From positions 45,446,001 through 45,510,000 of the forward strand of contig CM060733.1 in NCBI GenBank assembly GCA_030704615.1: DNA of 64,000 nucleotides. The letters run 5' to 3'. The stretch is from Takakia lepidozioides. Lineage: Eukaryota > Plantae > Bryophyta. Both the position numbers and the translations under genes were made by a program. The notes beneath the pieces are model-generated. The model had not been told where the DNA came from. It was given only the letters and a program-made list of their open reading frames with translations, and made no database searches. Of the stretch, positions 10,801-21,179 are shown in pieces; positions within the stretch are counted from its first letter, which is position 1, and each line of letters opens with the position of its first letter.

Positions 10801-13398
10801 CTTAAGCCATTTTCGGCCCCAACCTGGGAAAATGGCGCCGAATTTCTAGGTCAGGGCCCCGAAAATGGCTAAGTCCCTAGGGTGGCTGGCACCGAAACTG
10901 GAAATTTGGCGCCATTTTTCCAGTTCCGGGCCCAGTCAGTTCTGGGACTTAGCCATTTTCGGCCCCAACCTTGGAAAATGGTGCCAAATTTCCAGTTCAG
11001 GGACCTCATTCTGTGTGTGTTTCATGAATGCAGGTATTGCAAGTTCTCCATTTTGGAGAAAGGTCATCTGTCCTTCGAGCCACCATTCTTCCTGGCATGG
11101 AGGAACCGTGGGGCTGACTCCATGTACACTGACGTTATCGTGAAGGAGTGGCATCTGGAACATTTGCGCGACTGCCCTTGGTATGTGGACCTTCCGCCCG
11201 GCTCGCTCGACCCATCCGAGTTTCAGTTGAAGCTGGATGCGGAGGCCCAACGAAACCGGGCTCCGCTACCTCCGCTGGGGCCAAAGGAGGCAAAAGCGCT
11301 TGCCAAGTCCAGGAAAGCGGCAGAGCTTGCTCAGGCAGGTATTCAGGAGAAATTGAATGAGAAGAATAAAGGACAAAAGAAAAGGACACGGAAACAGGGG
11401 AGTACAGTAACCCCCAAAAAACAGAAAACCACCAGGGCACCAGAGGAGGCGCAGGAGGGGCCCCAAGGGAGTGACTCCGACGACGACTTTGTTTAAGGTC
11501 CTGCGACTGCTGTTGCTGCTACCAAGTCACCGGTCGTCCGGGTTCCCAAGTCAGTTTGGACTGGGACTGGCTCTGCCAAGAAGTTGGCATTTGAGGGCGA
11601 GCCTACACGGCGGTATTCGGCGGTGACGTTTACACAGAGGCCAAAGCTAGAACCCCCAACCATCATCCAATGCGTCAATGAGAGCTTCCTTGACGCTTTG
11701 GCTGCCAGGGCGAAGAAGGTGGCACACAACAAGTCTCTGGAGGAGCTGAAGGGGAAAGCCAAGAAGAGGGCTGCTAGTACAGAGCCTAGAGACACCCCCG
11801 GTTTGGAAGCCATGATGGAATTCTTCATGGCTGTGAGCACAGATTGCAATAGCACTTGGGGGGGGGGGGGGGGGGGGTTGAGGTGGAGAGAGCCTGCGAT
11901 ATGGTTCTCCTCGACATTCCAGATGGGGAGCTGCTGGAGGGCCTGGATGGTATGCCCACCTGGAACAGGTTTACTGAGGACTACTGGAGAGCCGGGTTTG
12001 GGCTGGCGGGGATGCTCCTGGATGACGATGGATGTGTGGTGGTCCTTGCTACAAGAGGGAAAACCACAGAGAACGTTGTGGCAAGGTGGACACCGAAAAG
12101 TGTCACCCCGGTCCTCCTCAAAAAATGGTTCTGCATCAATACACAGGGGTTGTGAACAGAGGGCCAAAGTGTAAGTTATCAATCTATTGCATTCACTTTA
12201 TATTGTGGTGTATCTAAACTAGACCAGGGAGTTGATCCCTCTTTTGTTGGATGTGCAGACATTGGTGTTTGAGGCATATTGTTTTGTGAAGAGAGGGTCT
12301 ACGTTCAAATTCCGCAACGACGGTCGTCTTGTTGATGCCGCTGTGGACCCTATTACCTACGATGTCCTCTACAACTATGTGCCCCACTCCAGTATGCCGA
12401 AGGACACAAAGACAGGCAAACCGTGGCGGTACAGCCGGACCCGGAGCCCTGCTTTCATCCAAACCCTCATGGAGACGTGCTCGGATGTCCAAGGGCGGAT
12501 TCTGACCTCACATGTGGCACGAGTAAGCCTTCACATGCACAGTTTGTCCCCTGGCCGATTGCAATTGCATGCCGCATGCTACTAACCGCCCGCTTTGTCC
12601 CTCAAGTGCTTCAATGTGGGCATGGACGTTGTCCGACGGGCATGTGTTTGTCTTTGAGCCAGATACTGCCCACCACAACTCGGAACTTGCAGCGGCTGAA
12701 CATCTGCCGAAAGAAGAAGAGGCATCCTCGGAGGATGAGGAAGAATCCGAGAAGGAGCAGGGGGAGGTACAAGTTGGGATTGAGGCCAAGGAGCCCCCGG
12801 TTTACGAATGAGTGGTCGCATTGTAAGTTGTCTCCTAATTTCATGAGGCACCTCCCTTCGCTCTCTTATTTCATTGAAAGACCATTTTTTGCTTCTGCTG
12901 GTATTGACATTCTTGAAGTGGATTTGTTCTTACTGTAGGATGCCAAGTACTGCAGGAGGGACATCTACACCGCAATTCATGGGCAGGAGGAACGTGCCTT
13001 TTTTTGCTAGGGGGGATTTCATGCCTAGTCCAGAAATGGACTACATCCTTCCTACTTATGCTGCCCGGCTTGCTTCGGTGTCCATTAGGAGGTGTTCCGA
13101 ACCTAGTCGTGTACAACAGATTTTAGACAAGGCAAGCCTCAAGAAAATGAAGATGGGGGAGGAGGCAACAGCTATTAGAGCCCGTCAGGATGGTAGATTT
13201 ATCTTGGATTCTGCTGAGGAAAGTGGGGGAGAAAAGGCAGAAGATTCCCAGGAGGTGAGGTGGACAGTCCCCCAAGGAGAGGACGGAATTTTTGATAGGC
13301 ATAGTGGAACTGATGCATCACAGAGCTTGGAGGATGGGGGGGATGAGGGGGATGAGGAAGAAGGTGGGGCAAGTTCCTCGGAGGGTGTAGGAGAGTAG
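7851..13398 (+). pseudogene. Multi-exon ParB/Srx-like domain fused to a beta-class N4C/N6A DNA methyltransferase-like domain (decayed)
   Basis: ParB-like region: RIPLCRL..VRP..DIDKLK.SF..GY...MFYV*DDNHHLLAW (consensus-like VWDGNHR.AW, 8916-8957). MTase motifs in beta order: DMVLLDIPDG (11898-11927), PTWN, LLDDDGCVVVL, PWRYSRTRSPAFIQTLMETCSDVQGRI/DLTCGT (motif I, 12504-12521), ASMWAWTLSDGHVFVFEPD. Several GT..AG introns; stops and frameshifts throughout. Confidence 0.72.
10388..11000. repeat. Intronic array, 146-bp unit built of boxes A-B-A'-B' (alternating orientation)
   Basis: A=GGAAATTCGGCGCCATTTTTCC at 10461, 10607, 10753 and 10900; inverted A' at ~10388, 10534, 10680, 10827 and 10973. 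B=GGGACTTAGCCATTTT and its inverse AAAATGGCTAAGTCCC. Confidence 0.95.
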
Positions 13399-13648
13399 TG
13401 CCCATTCCGGCTATGACAGTTAGGACACACTTGTATAGATGTGGCTTGCCACAAAATTTGCAATAAAATGTTGCATTTCATTACTATGACGAGTCCACTG
13501 GTGCCACATTCCAACTTCACGTGACCCTATTTCCGTGCCTCCTAACCCTATTTCCGTGGACACACAATGGTCCGCTCATGTTTTTTTTTTTTTTTTTTTT
13601 TTTTTTTCCGCTCATGGTCATGCCGCTCATGAAATAGCAGCCCCCCTC

Positions 13649-15008
13649 TAAAGCAAGAGCAAAATACTCTGCCATGAATTTATCCTCAAACGCACTCCCA
13701 TTGTAATGACTGCCACCATTGATTTTGTGTGTTATCTTACCAACATCAAATGTTTCAGAAGCCATGCTCTGGGTGGGCCTTTGCGGTGTGCCATCCACCA
13801 AATTGTTTGTTGCCGCGTGGACCATAGCAATCTCTGGCGCCACCCACCAACGCCGATGCAATTCTTCCTTCATTTTTGCTGGTAGTTTCAAAAAAATATG
13901 GAGATATCTTCGCTGCCTCCGTGGAGGTTGCCATTCCCCAATCACACACCCCGATGTACACCTGGTCGGTACTATCCGGGAAATGCAACAAAATATTAGT
14001 CGGTGAAAGGTCATTGTGCATGACGTGGTTCTTATGAACACTATCCATAATGCTTTAGCAGTGCCCAAGCCAATTTACTCTGGTGGCGGCGGTAACGAAC
14101 CAAACGGTTCACCTGCTCCTGCTCTTGCTCGGTCCAATGCTTTGCCAACACCTCCCTATTATCCCCCCGGCTCCCAAATCGGTCGTCACTCTTCCAAACA
14201 TCACGTAGGGAACCCCTATTCCACCACAATGTGTAACCCTCCAAGTCCCGTGGATGAACACATATATATTTTATAATCCCATGATGTGCGAATCGCACAG
14301 CCATGGCCTCTTCAAAATGTTGCCTCCTAGCAAAATGAGGATCTTTCTCCTTAGGTATTTTCCCTGCCAATTGTCAATTAACATTAATTCGGATATCACC
14401 CGCAATTCGTACCTTACGAACTCGCCAAAGCCCCCCTCCCGTGGTGCATCAAACTGCTCCACCACTGCGTTTGAACTGAGGTACAACAATGCCGCTCCCT
14501 CTCCAGGAATGTTGTCGGGCTGCCTTCGCGTTAGTGACTTGGTGCGGCGTTTTCCGTGGGCCTTTGCTAAATCCGCCCACCAGCCAACTCGCACAAACAA
14601 GTTCTTCTCCCAAGCCGGCACCGGACCACTTGTCGTTTGTTTCACCATCGAACCAATAAACTGCTTGAGATTCCATGTGATGTCGCCCGCTCGATGTTCC
14701 ACCCACTGGTCGAACTTGCGCTTCTCCCTCTCCTCTCTCCACTTCTCCCCAGCCAAAGCTTCCCGGATTTTTTGCTCCATCTGCAGTTCAAACTTGCAGA
14801 ATCCATCGTGTCCATGCCAGACATACGCAATTTGTAAGTACATCATGCTCTTCTCCATAAAATATGCTAGCACCAACTCCTTGACAACATCCCCGGTGGC
14901 TTTGCTGGGGTAATGGTCTCTATTGATAGCGCTATCACACTCTGATCCATGTTTCCTCTTCTTCCTTGATGAACTTCCCGTCCCAGTGCTAGACCCTGTT
15001 CCAGACAT
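13649..15008 (-). pseudogene. Divergent intronless Ser/Thr-type protein kinase, frameshifted and truncated in the C-lobe
   Basis: G-loop REGGFGE, AGK (VAIK position), HFEE (alphaC), HNDLSPTNILL (catalytic loop), CDWG (DFG position) and WWVAPE, spread over four ORFs. Confidence 0.88.
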
Positions 15009-15423
15009 TGCTTGGTATGTTATGGCAAGGAAATGAAATTAGATCTTGGAACAAACTGCACAAAAATAGATTGTCACTCCCGACACCCCCCTCAACCGGC
15101 CTAAACCCTTCCCCCTCCCGATATAGCAAATCGGTTTGTGCACCCTTTTGGTCACACGCCGGACGTGACTCCAAACCAATTCTCTCGTCAGTTCAAGGAT
15201 AAAAAACTCGAAAATCTCCCCCCCTCAAATGCCAAGCACCCTTGCCTAAGCCAATTTTCTCGTTAGTTCAGGGGAAAAAAAAATCAAAAACCTCCCCCCT
15301 CCAATGCCAAGCACCCTTGCCTCTTCTAGTTCAAACTCTCGGACTCAGAATGCGAAGCATCCAAAGTACCCTCAAGCTCAAGAACGGGGAGGCAAAGGTG
15401 AAAAAATGGGGGGGGGAGGCCTG

Positions 15424-15436
15424 CCCTTTTATACGC
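15424..15436 (-). promoter_or_regulatory. Candidate TATA box upstream of the kinase
   Basis: Minus strand reads CGTATAAAAGGG, ~420 bp upstream of the kinase ORF. Confidence 0.35.
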
Positions 15437-15489
15437 CCTCCACCCTCCCCCCCGCCCATACCCCCAGACCCAACCCCCCACCCGCATCT

Positions 15490-16135
15490 CGCCACATGGC
15501 GGTTGCCCATCCCGCACGCGGCGCCACGTGGTGGTCCCACCGGCAACCGCGCGTGGCGGTCGCCCAGCCACCCATCCTGCCGCGTGCTCGTATTGCAGCC
15601 ACGGCCCACCAGGCGACCGCACGTGGCAGTTGCCCGGTTCTTCCTCCCTGCGACGGCACATGGCGGTCGCCCTCTTCTCCCGCCTGCGACCTGCACGTGG
15701 CGGTTGTCCCGCCCGCCCCTCTGGGCACCCCCCTGCCGCTTGACCGCCACCTCACAGGAGGCGACCGCCACTATGGCGGTCATCTGCATGGCCATCTTAG
15801 GCACCTCAAAGGCGACCGCCATGGTGGCGGTCGCCGAGATCGCCACCACATCCGGCAGAGTGGCGACCGCCATTGAGGCGGGCGCTTGCCTCGCCACCTC
15901 ACCCGGCTCCGGGGCAACCGATGCCAGCTCACTGGCTCCAAGGTGACTGCCACTTTGGCGTCACACTTGCCACCTCCTTGGGCTTGCCGACAATTGTGCC
16001 ATGCTGTCTAAAGACGTGGCAATGTTTTACCCATGTCTTTACCTACTGACGTAACTGACGTGACGTGTGACCCAAATCCCGTCAGTGTCGCTGACGCCGA
16101 CGTGACGTCACATCACGTTGGCCTGCAATTAGGGT
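15490..16135. repeat. GC-rich subterminal-type region: GGCGGTCGCC/GGCGACCGCC inverted motifs followed by a TGACGT cluster
   Basis: Many copies of (acg/aca)tggcggtcgcc in both orientations; TGACGT/ACGTCA repeats at 16047-16117. Ends at a junction with a gypsy pol fragment. Confidence 0.7.
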
Positions 16136-17260
16136 CTTCCCAAGGTCAGAAGCTCCAAGGCTGAACACATCCAGGTTGTGAGCTATCAAGGTCAACTTGT
16201 TTCTTTTGGGCTTCCTCAAGCAAGGGGTTGAGTTTGATCTCACCAAGGACTTTGGCAAGGGCTTCTCTTTTTTGAGCATCGAGTTTTATTCTTGAAGCTC
16301 ATCGCAGGAGAAGAGTGGCTGGAAAAAGCAGTGACCAGATCTGATTGATCATGGACAATGCCTAAGGCTTCAAAACCAAAAGCAGGTTGGACTTCACCAA
16401 TCTCCTCTAAGGGACGGGCATAAATTCTAGCAAGCACTTGCCCCTTCTTGATGGTCACAGGAAACCTTTCAAGATTGGCTATAAGAAGCTTGACTTCCTC
16501 TTTGTAACCTCTATCAAGAACCCCAGTAGCAACAAGGCAATGCTTTAAGGTAGTAAGCCTCCTCCACCCATCAACCTCAAGGTAGTGTCCCTTAGGACAA
16601 AGATAGGCCAATTGGGTCTTGACCACACTCTGGCACATAGATGGAATAGTGACATCACAGGGGGCTCTAATCAAAGTACTATTCTTTTGCACCACAATGG
16701 GAGCACCAGACTTTTGACCAAAGCTAGGTATATGCCACTCATATATCAAGGCAAGATCTGACTTGTATTCGTAAGAATCCAGCCAAGACATGTTGTGGTG
16801 GGTCCTTTGCCTTACCTCCCTTACCATGGCTTGAACTTGGGACCCATTGCAGAAGCTGAATGCAGAGTACAGCTGGGCGACAAGAGGTAGGAACAATCAG
16901 GCTCACTAGGAATGGTGAATTGCTCGTAAAGTATTGTGGATAGGCCTGGGAGGGGAGCTCACAAGGAATGGGGAATTGTCTGTATAACTGCTGCGAAGAG
17001 GATTAAGTGGGGAGCTTGGTGGAGCTTAATATAGGTTCGCTTGCCCGAGGAGAGGTTAGCGGCAAGAGGCCGATCAAAATCCATGGTGGCAGAGAAGATT
17101 GGCCATCATCAATAAGGTGGCGGCAGCGTAGATTGGATAGGGGCAGGGATTAAAAACCTTCATCCCTCAAAGCTTGTTGTAGAAGCTAGTTTTCGGTTGA
17201 CCTCTGCTAATTGTGCAAGCATTAATTGCCATTCTTCGCATTTCTTGTTGAACTTGAGAA
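16136..17260 (-). pseudogene. Ty3/Gypsy-like pol fragment with dUTPase between the protease region and the RT leader
   Basis: ORF 16240-16896 has QLAYLCPKGHYLEV...ATGVLDRGYKEEVKLLIANLERFPVTIKKGQVLARI (dUTPase-like), followed by NLDVFSLGASDLGKT, typical of the pre-RT region. Confidence 0.7.
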
Positions 17261-17331
17261 TCCAATCAGGTGCTCCTGCCTGAGTCAGCAGTGCGGTCCC
17301 TTCCTGCACCATCAAAATTCCTGTCTTCACC

Positions 17332-19790
17332 TCAGGTGGGACTGATAATTCCTCCAGTCTTCTGGTTGCGGGACTTCAGGTCCACGTCCATTGAGTCCAA
17401 GTCCAACCCTGCGGGCCTCTTCTCCAACAGGCGCTCATCACTATCTTGGAGGAGAGCCTGGAAGTAACTGCTCTGTTGCATTTTGAACTCAACCCGGAGT
17501 GATTCCAGCTCACTGTCTGTAACGGCCAGCGAGTGTATTGCACCCTCCTTCTCCAAAAACCTCTTGAGAGCATTCATGAAGATGTATTCATCACTCTCAG
17601 TGCTTTCATAGATGTTAGATGCCAGACCAGGACCTAAAGGCACGAAACGCCAGAGCTCATTACAAGACAAGTGCTCTGTAAAGTTGCCAAATGAGGCCAG
17701 GGCTGCATGGATAAGAGCCCAGTGCCGCTCCCTCAATACCATATGATACAGATCCCAAAGGGCTTGGGTTGCTGGATTGCCTGGGTCCTAAGGAATGTCA
17801 AACGTACTCAAGCTAGCAAGAAATTCTGCAAGAGATGGCTTCAATGCCTTGGTCTCCTTATAAGGTGCTGACATGGCCAGATCTCGAATCTTTATGAGAA
17901 GATTTTCAAGTGTGTTTGGGCATACCTTCTGTTGTAACAAGAAGCAGCTGATGTGCAGGATGGGCATGATGTTATGTACACTGCAGTATGGATGGCTGCC
18001 TCCGGTTTCTTGTGTAATTGCATCAAGGGTCAGTTTCTTGATCTCTTGAATATTCTTGGCATCAAGCATTCGACCCTCCTTACTGAATTAAACAAACCCC
18101 CCCCCTTAGATTTTGCAGGAAAGTAAACAAGTAGGATCAATGGGCTGTATAGATAAGCATGAAAAACATCACATCAACAAGGCAGGCAAGTCTAGGAGGG
18201 ACAGGGATGTACCCTTTTTTGCCAATGTAGACAGAAAATAACTTCAGGACTACATCTGCAGGAGGTGGGGGAATGGTGAGGAATAAATCAGCAATTGCAC
18301 TCACCATTGACGAAGAAGCTCAAGTAAACACCACATGGCATCCTCCTTCACAGGAGAAGGACTTAAATCCATGCAATCTATGCTCTCCTTCCTTTGAGAA
18401 AGGAGTCTCCCAGCAGCTAGACAATGTTTTAACAAGCTGATAAATGAAGGCTTCTGGAGGCTGTCAGGTAGAAGGCCAAAGGAAAAGCCCCCTTCCAAAA
18501 AGAGGCGTCGCACCTCTTGCTGACAATGAGGATGTAAAAGGGTCCTTATGAAAGGCAAAGGTTATATAGGTGCGAGGCGATTGCAGAGGGACCAGCTTGA
18601 CTGACAGTGCAAACCAACCGGGCCAGTCTCTTAAGTGGCTGCTGTGAAACCTCTCGAGCGTCTTGTGATGCCAGAGACTGGAGAAGAGAAAATAACGAGG
18701 AGATGTGTCCTTGAATCAGTGCAAGCTCACTATGCCGTGCAACGAAGCACCAAAGCTCCATGACTAAGTCGCCACAGAGAGCACAGGGGTGGAGGGCATT
18801 CTGGAAGAGAAATTGCTCGATCTCAACCCACACTTCACTGGAGGAGGCAGCGACAGCAGCAAAGGTCTCCAGTGCTCGTAATGTCCAAACATACATCAGC
18901 TGCCATTGTGTCTTCAAAGACGAACCGGGGCTACTTGCAGGGTAAACTTGAAGCTGTAAAATTGAGACGTACATCCCCTCTTCGGCCACTGCTCCTAGTA
19001 ACCAATCCAGCCTCTTTGCGAGTTCCAACAGAACATCTGCCCCGTAATCCATAGAACTCTGTAAAAGGTTCAGAAACAGCACCACATGGCCCGCTCTGAA
19101 AAGCATTCCTTCCTGAAGTATATCATTTGGTTCTTGCTCTTTAAAACCTGAGTTCAGGTGTTCAACGTTGGCATGTCCTCGCCATTTGTCACTATGCCTT
19201 GCAAGAGCTCGACCTTGAACTTGATGCTGATGTCAGAGTTGAGTAAGCAATGAATAAAGGCCGTTGGTGCTACGACTTCATAGAGATTCTATAGTTGTCA
19301 TCTCTTGCGGTAGAAGCAATTGCCACTGTGCTTGGAGATTGTGGATACCCTGTCTCAGCAGCTTGCTTCAATGACTGTGCAGCATGAGAAATCAAAGACG
19401 TGATGAGCCCACCATTGTTGCAATCAACATGCGACCTTCTTCAGCCTGTGATAACATAGCAACAATTCTTCTCCAACAAAGATTTAGCAAAGCAAAGTTC
19501 TTATCACCAATAACATGAAGTTGTCCCCATGCTACCCTTGCCGATTGTGTCCCCATCTCCTGGAGGATTTGTATTGCAGATGCCACAATCTGAAGAGTCT
19601 CTGGCACTACTTGACCATTGGAGTGTCGTGGATCGACCCTTGTTGTACTCGGAAGGAATTTTGTTAACAGCCCGAAGGGCTGCTCCAAGCAGCTCCACGC
19701 CTGCCTTGTGCATTTCTACTGACTTGAAGGTCGCTTCTCTGCAATCAGACAAGGAAGGGATCACCCAAATCCAAACTTCCCTAGCTGACT
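17332..19790 (-). pseudogene. FIGL1-interacting protein (FLIP/FIRRM/C1orf112, DUF4487) pseudogene
   Basis: Segments FLFQNALHPCALCGDLVMELWCFVARHSE, RERHWALIHAALASFGNF..CNELWRFVP and NFALLNLCW. Multiple frameshifts and deletions; one GT..AG intron at ~18085-18211. Confidence 0.8.
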
Positions 19791-19858
19791 ATCTGTTGTT
19801 ATTGGATCACGTGTACATGACAAAGCCAAAAAAAATGCATTCTTCACCATCTAGTTAA

Positions 19859-20273
19859 CCCTTAAACGCCCATTAGCCCGATTGGGGCTTTGGGTTTAGA
19901 AAAACCTGAATAACTTTTTGCATTCTCCATGGAATTGTGTGAAAAAAAAATATAGTGTTTTTGGGCACCTGGCACACCGAGATTCATTGCCCGATTGCCT
20001 CGGATCCGCCAAGTTGCAACGACTTCTACTCTATCCGTGTAACGGATGGAGTGTAAATGGGTGGGGCGTATGGGCCCACATTCAACGGTGGCATTTTGTG
20101 GATCTGGGGCTAATTGGCCTCAAATTTGGCAGGTGGATGCAGGAGGAAGGTACGCACCCCTAATGTGCGGTCAAGTTCTTTAAGAAGTTAATTTTCTGAA
20201 AGTTACACCTTTTTTTCACTTAAGGGGTCATGTTTTCTGAAAAAGTCAAACTATGGCACTGGACGTTTAAGGG
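19859..20273. mobile_element. piggyBac-type non-autonomous element (MITE), 415 bp
   Basis: TTAA on both sides (19855-19858 and 20274-20277); TIR CCCTTAAACG(C/T)CCA, 13/14 match. Confidence 0.8.
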
Positions 20274-20639
20274 TTAAAGGCCTGAGTACTTTGTGAGGGA
20301 ATTCATTTCCTGCTCCGCTCTACTTTGTTGCCTTTTCCAGTTGATTTCCAAAATTCTGAACCAGCCACGCTTGTCATTGCTTGTGTTAATTTGCGATGAT
20401 TCTACAGAAATAGCGTGGTTTGCTCAAGCCATCGTCTAGATTGCGTTGTTCTCAAAACTGGAGGCAACACTTGGGGTTGTACCTATGTAAAGGGATTTCA
20501 ACTTGTAGTCAATTTTGGTGATAAAGGGTCTAATGTGAACGATTTCACCAGAATTGATTCTCACAAGTAGACGACGTATCTAAACCCAAGTGTAACACGT
20601 TTGCTTCCACAGGTTTTAATAAGGATATAGTGCAGTTGG

Positions 20640-21170
20640 AGGTTTTAATCAAGTGCAAGTGGCAAAAGAAGACCAGGGAAAGACAGCTTTCATCATAGAC
20701 TGGGGTGCTTATGCATACAAAGTCATGCCCTTTGGACTTTGTAATGCACCAGCAACCTTTCAGAGAATGATAAGTGAATCTTTTCATGAGTATCTGGATG
20801 ATTTCATGCAGGTGTTCTTGGATGATTTCAGTGTGTATAGCTCTAAGAATAAGCACTTGCATAAATTGGAGTTATGTTTGGCCAGATGCAGGATGAGAGG
20901 TCTGGGCCTGAATCCAGAGAAGTGTACTTTCTGTGTGAACTTAGGGGTGCTTCTGGGACACATTGTGTGTAAGAGGGGACTTCTTGTGGATCCCAGGAAG
21001 ACAGAGGCCATTAAAGCCTCTCCACCACCAGTAAATGTTAAAAGTCTAAGGAGATTCCTTGGGCAAACCAGTTATTACAGAAGATTTGTCAAAAGGTATG
21101 CGCAGATAGCAGCACCATTGAGCAAGCTTCTGAAGAAAGATGTAGTGTTTGCATGGACAGCTGAATGTCC
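20640..21170 (+). pseudogene. Ty3/Gypsy reverse transcriptase fragment
   Basis: KTAF..WGAYAYKVMPFGLCNAPATFQR, VFLDDFSVY, LNPEKC, FLGQTSYYRRFV. Confidence 0.93.
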
Positions 21171-21179
21171 ACAGAGACT

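Larger units (their letters stand above)
5250..13648 (+). mobile_element. Putative large DNA element (unclassified) carrying a ParB-methyltransferase gene and GGCGCC-box arrays; left end not found
   Basis: The right end (13610-13640) is the reverse complement of the sequence at the 62251 junction. It interrupts the kinase C-lobe. Internal box arrays resemble those at 62.5-62.9 kb. Confidence 0.55.

Noticed and set aside
5350-16128. Possible TIR pair TTGCAGGCC (5350) / GGCCTGCAA (16120) making one 10.8-kb element
   Set aside because: Only 9 bp match, there is no TSD, and the left copy lies inside an exon-like block. The 13.64-kb terminus explains the structure better.
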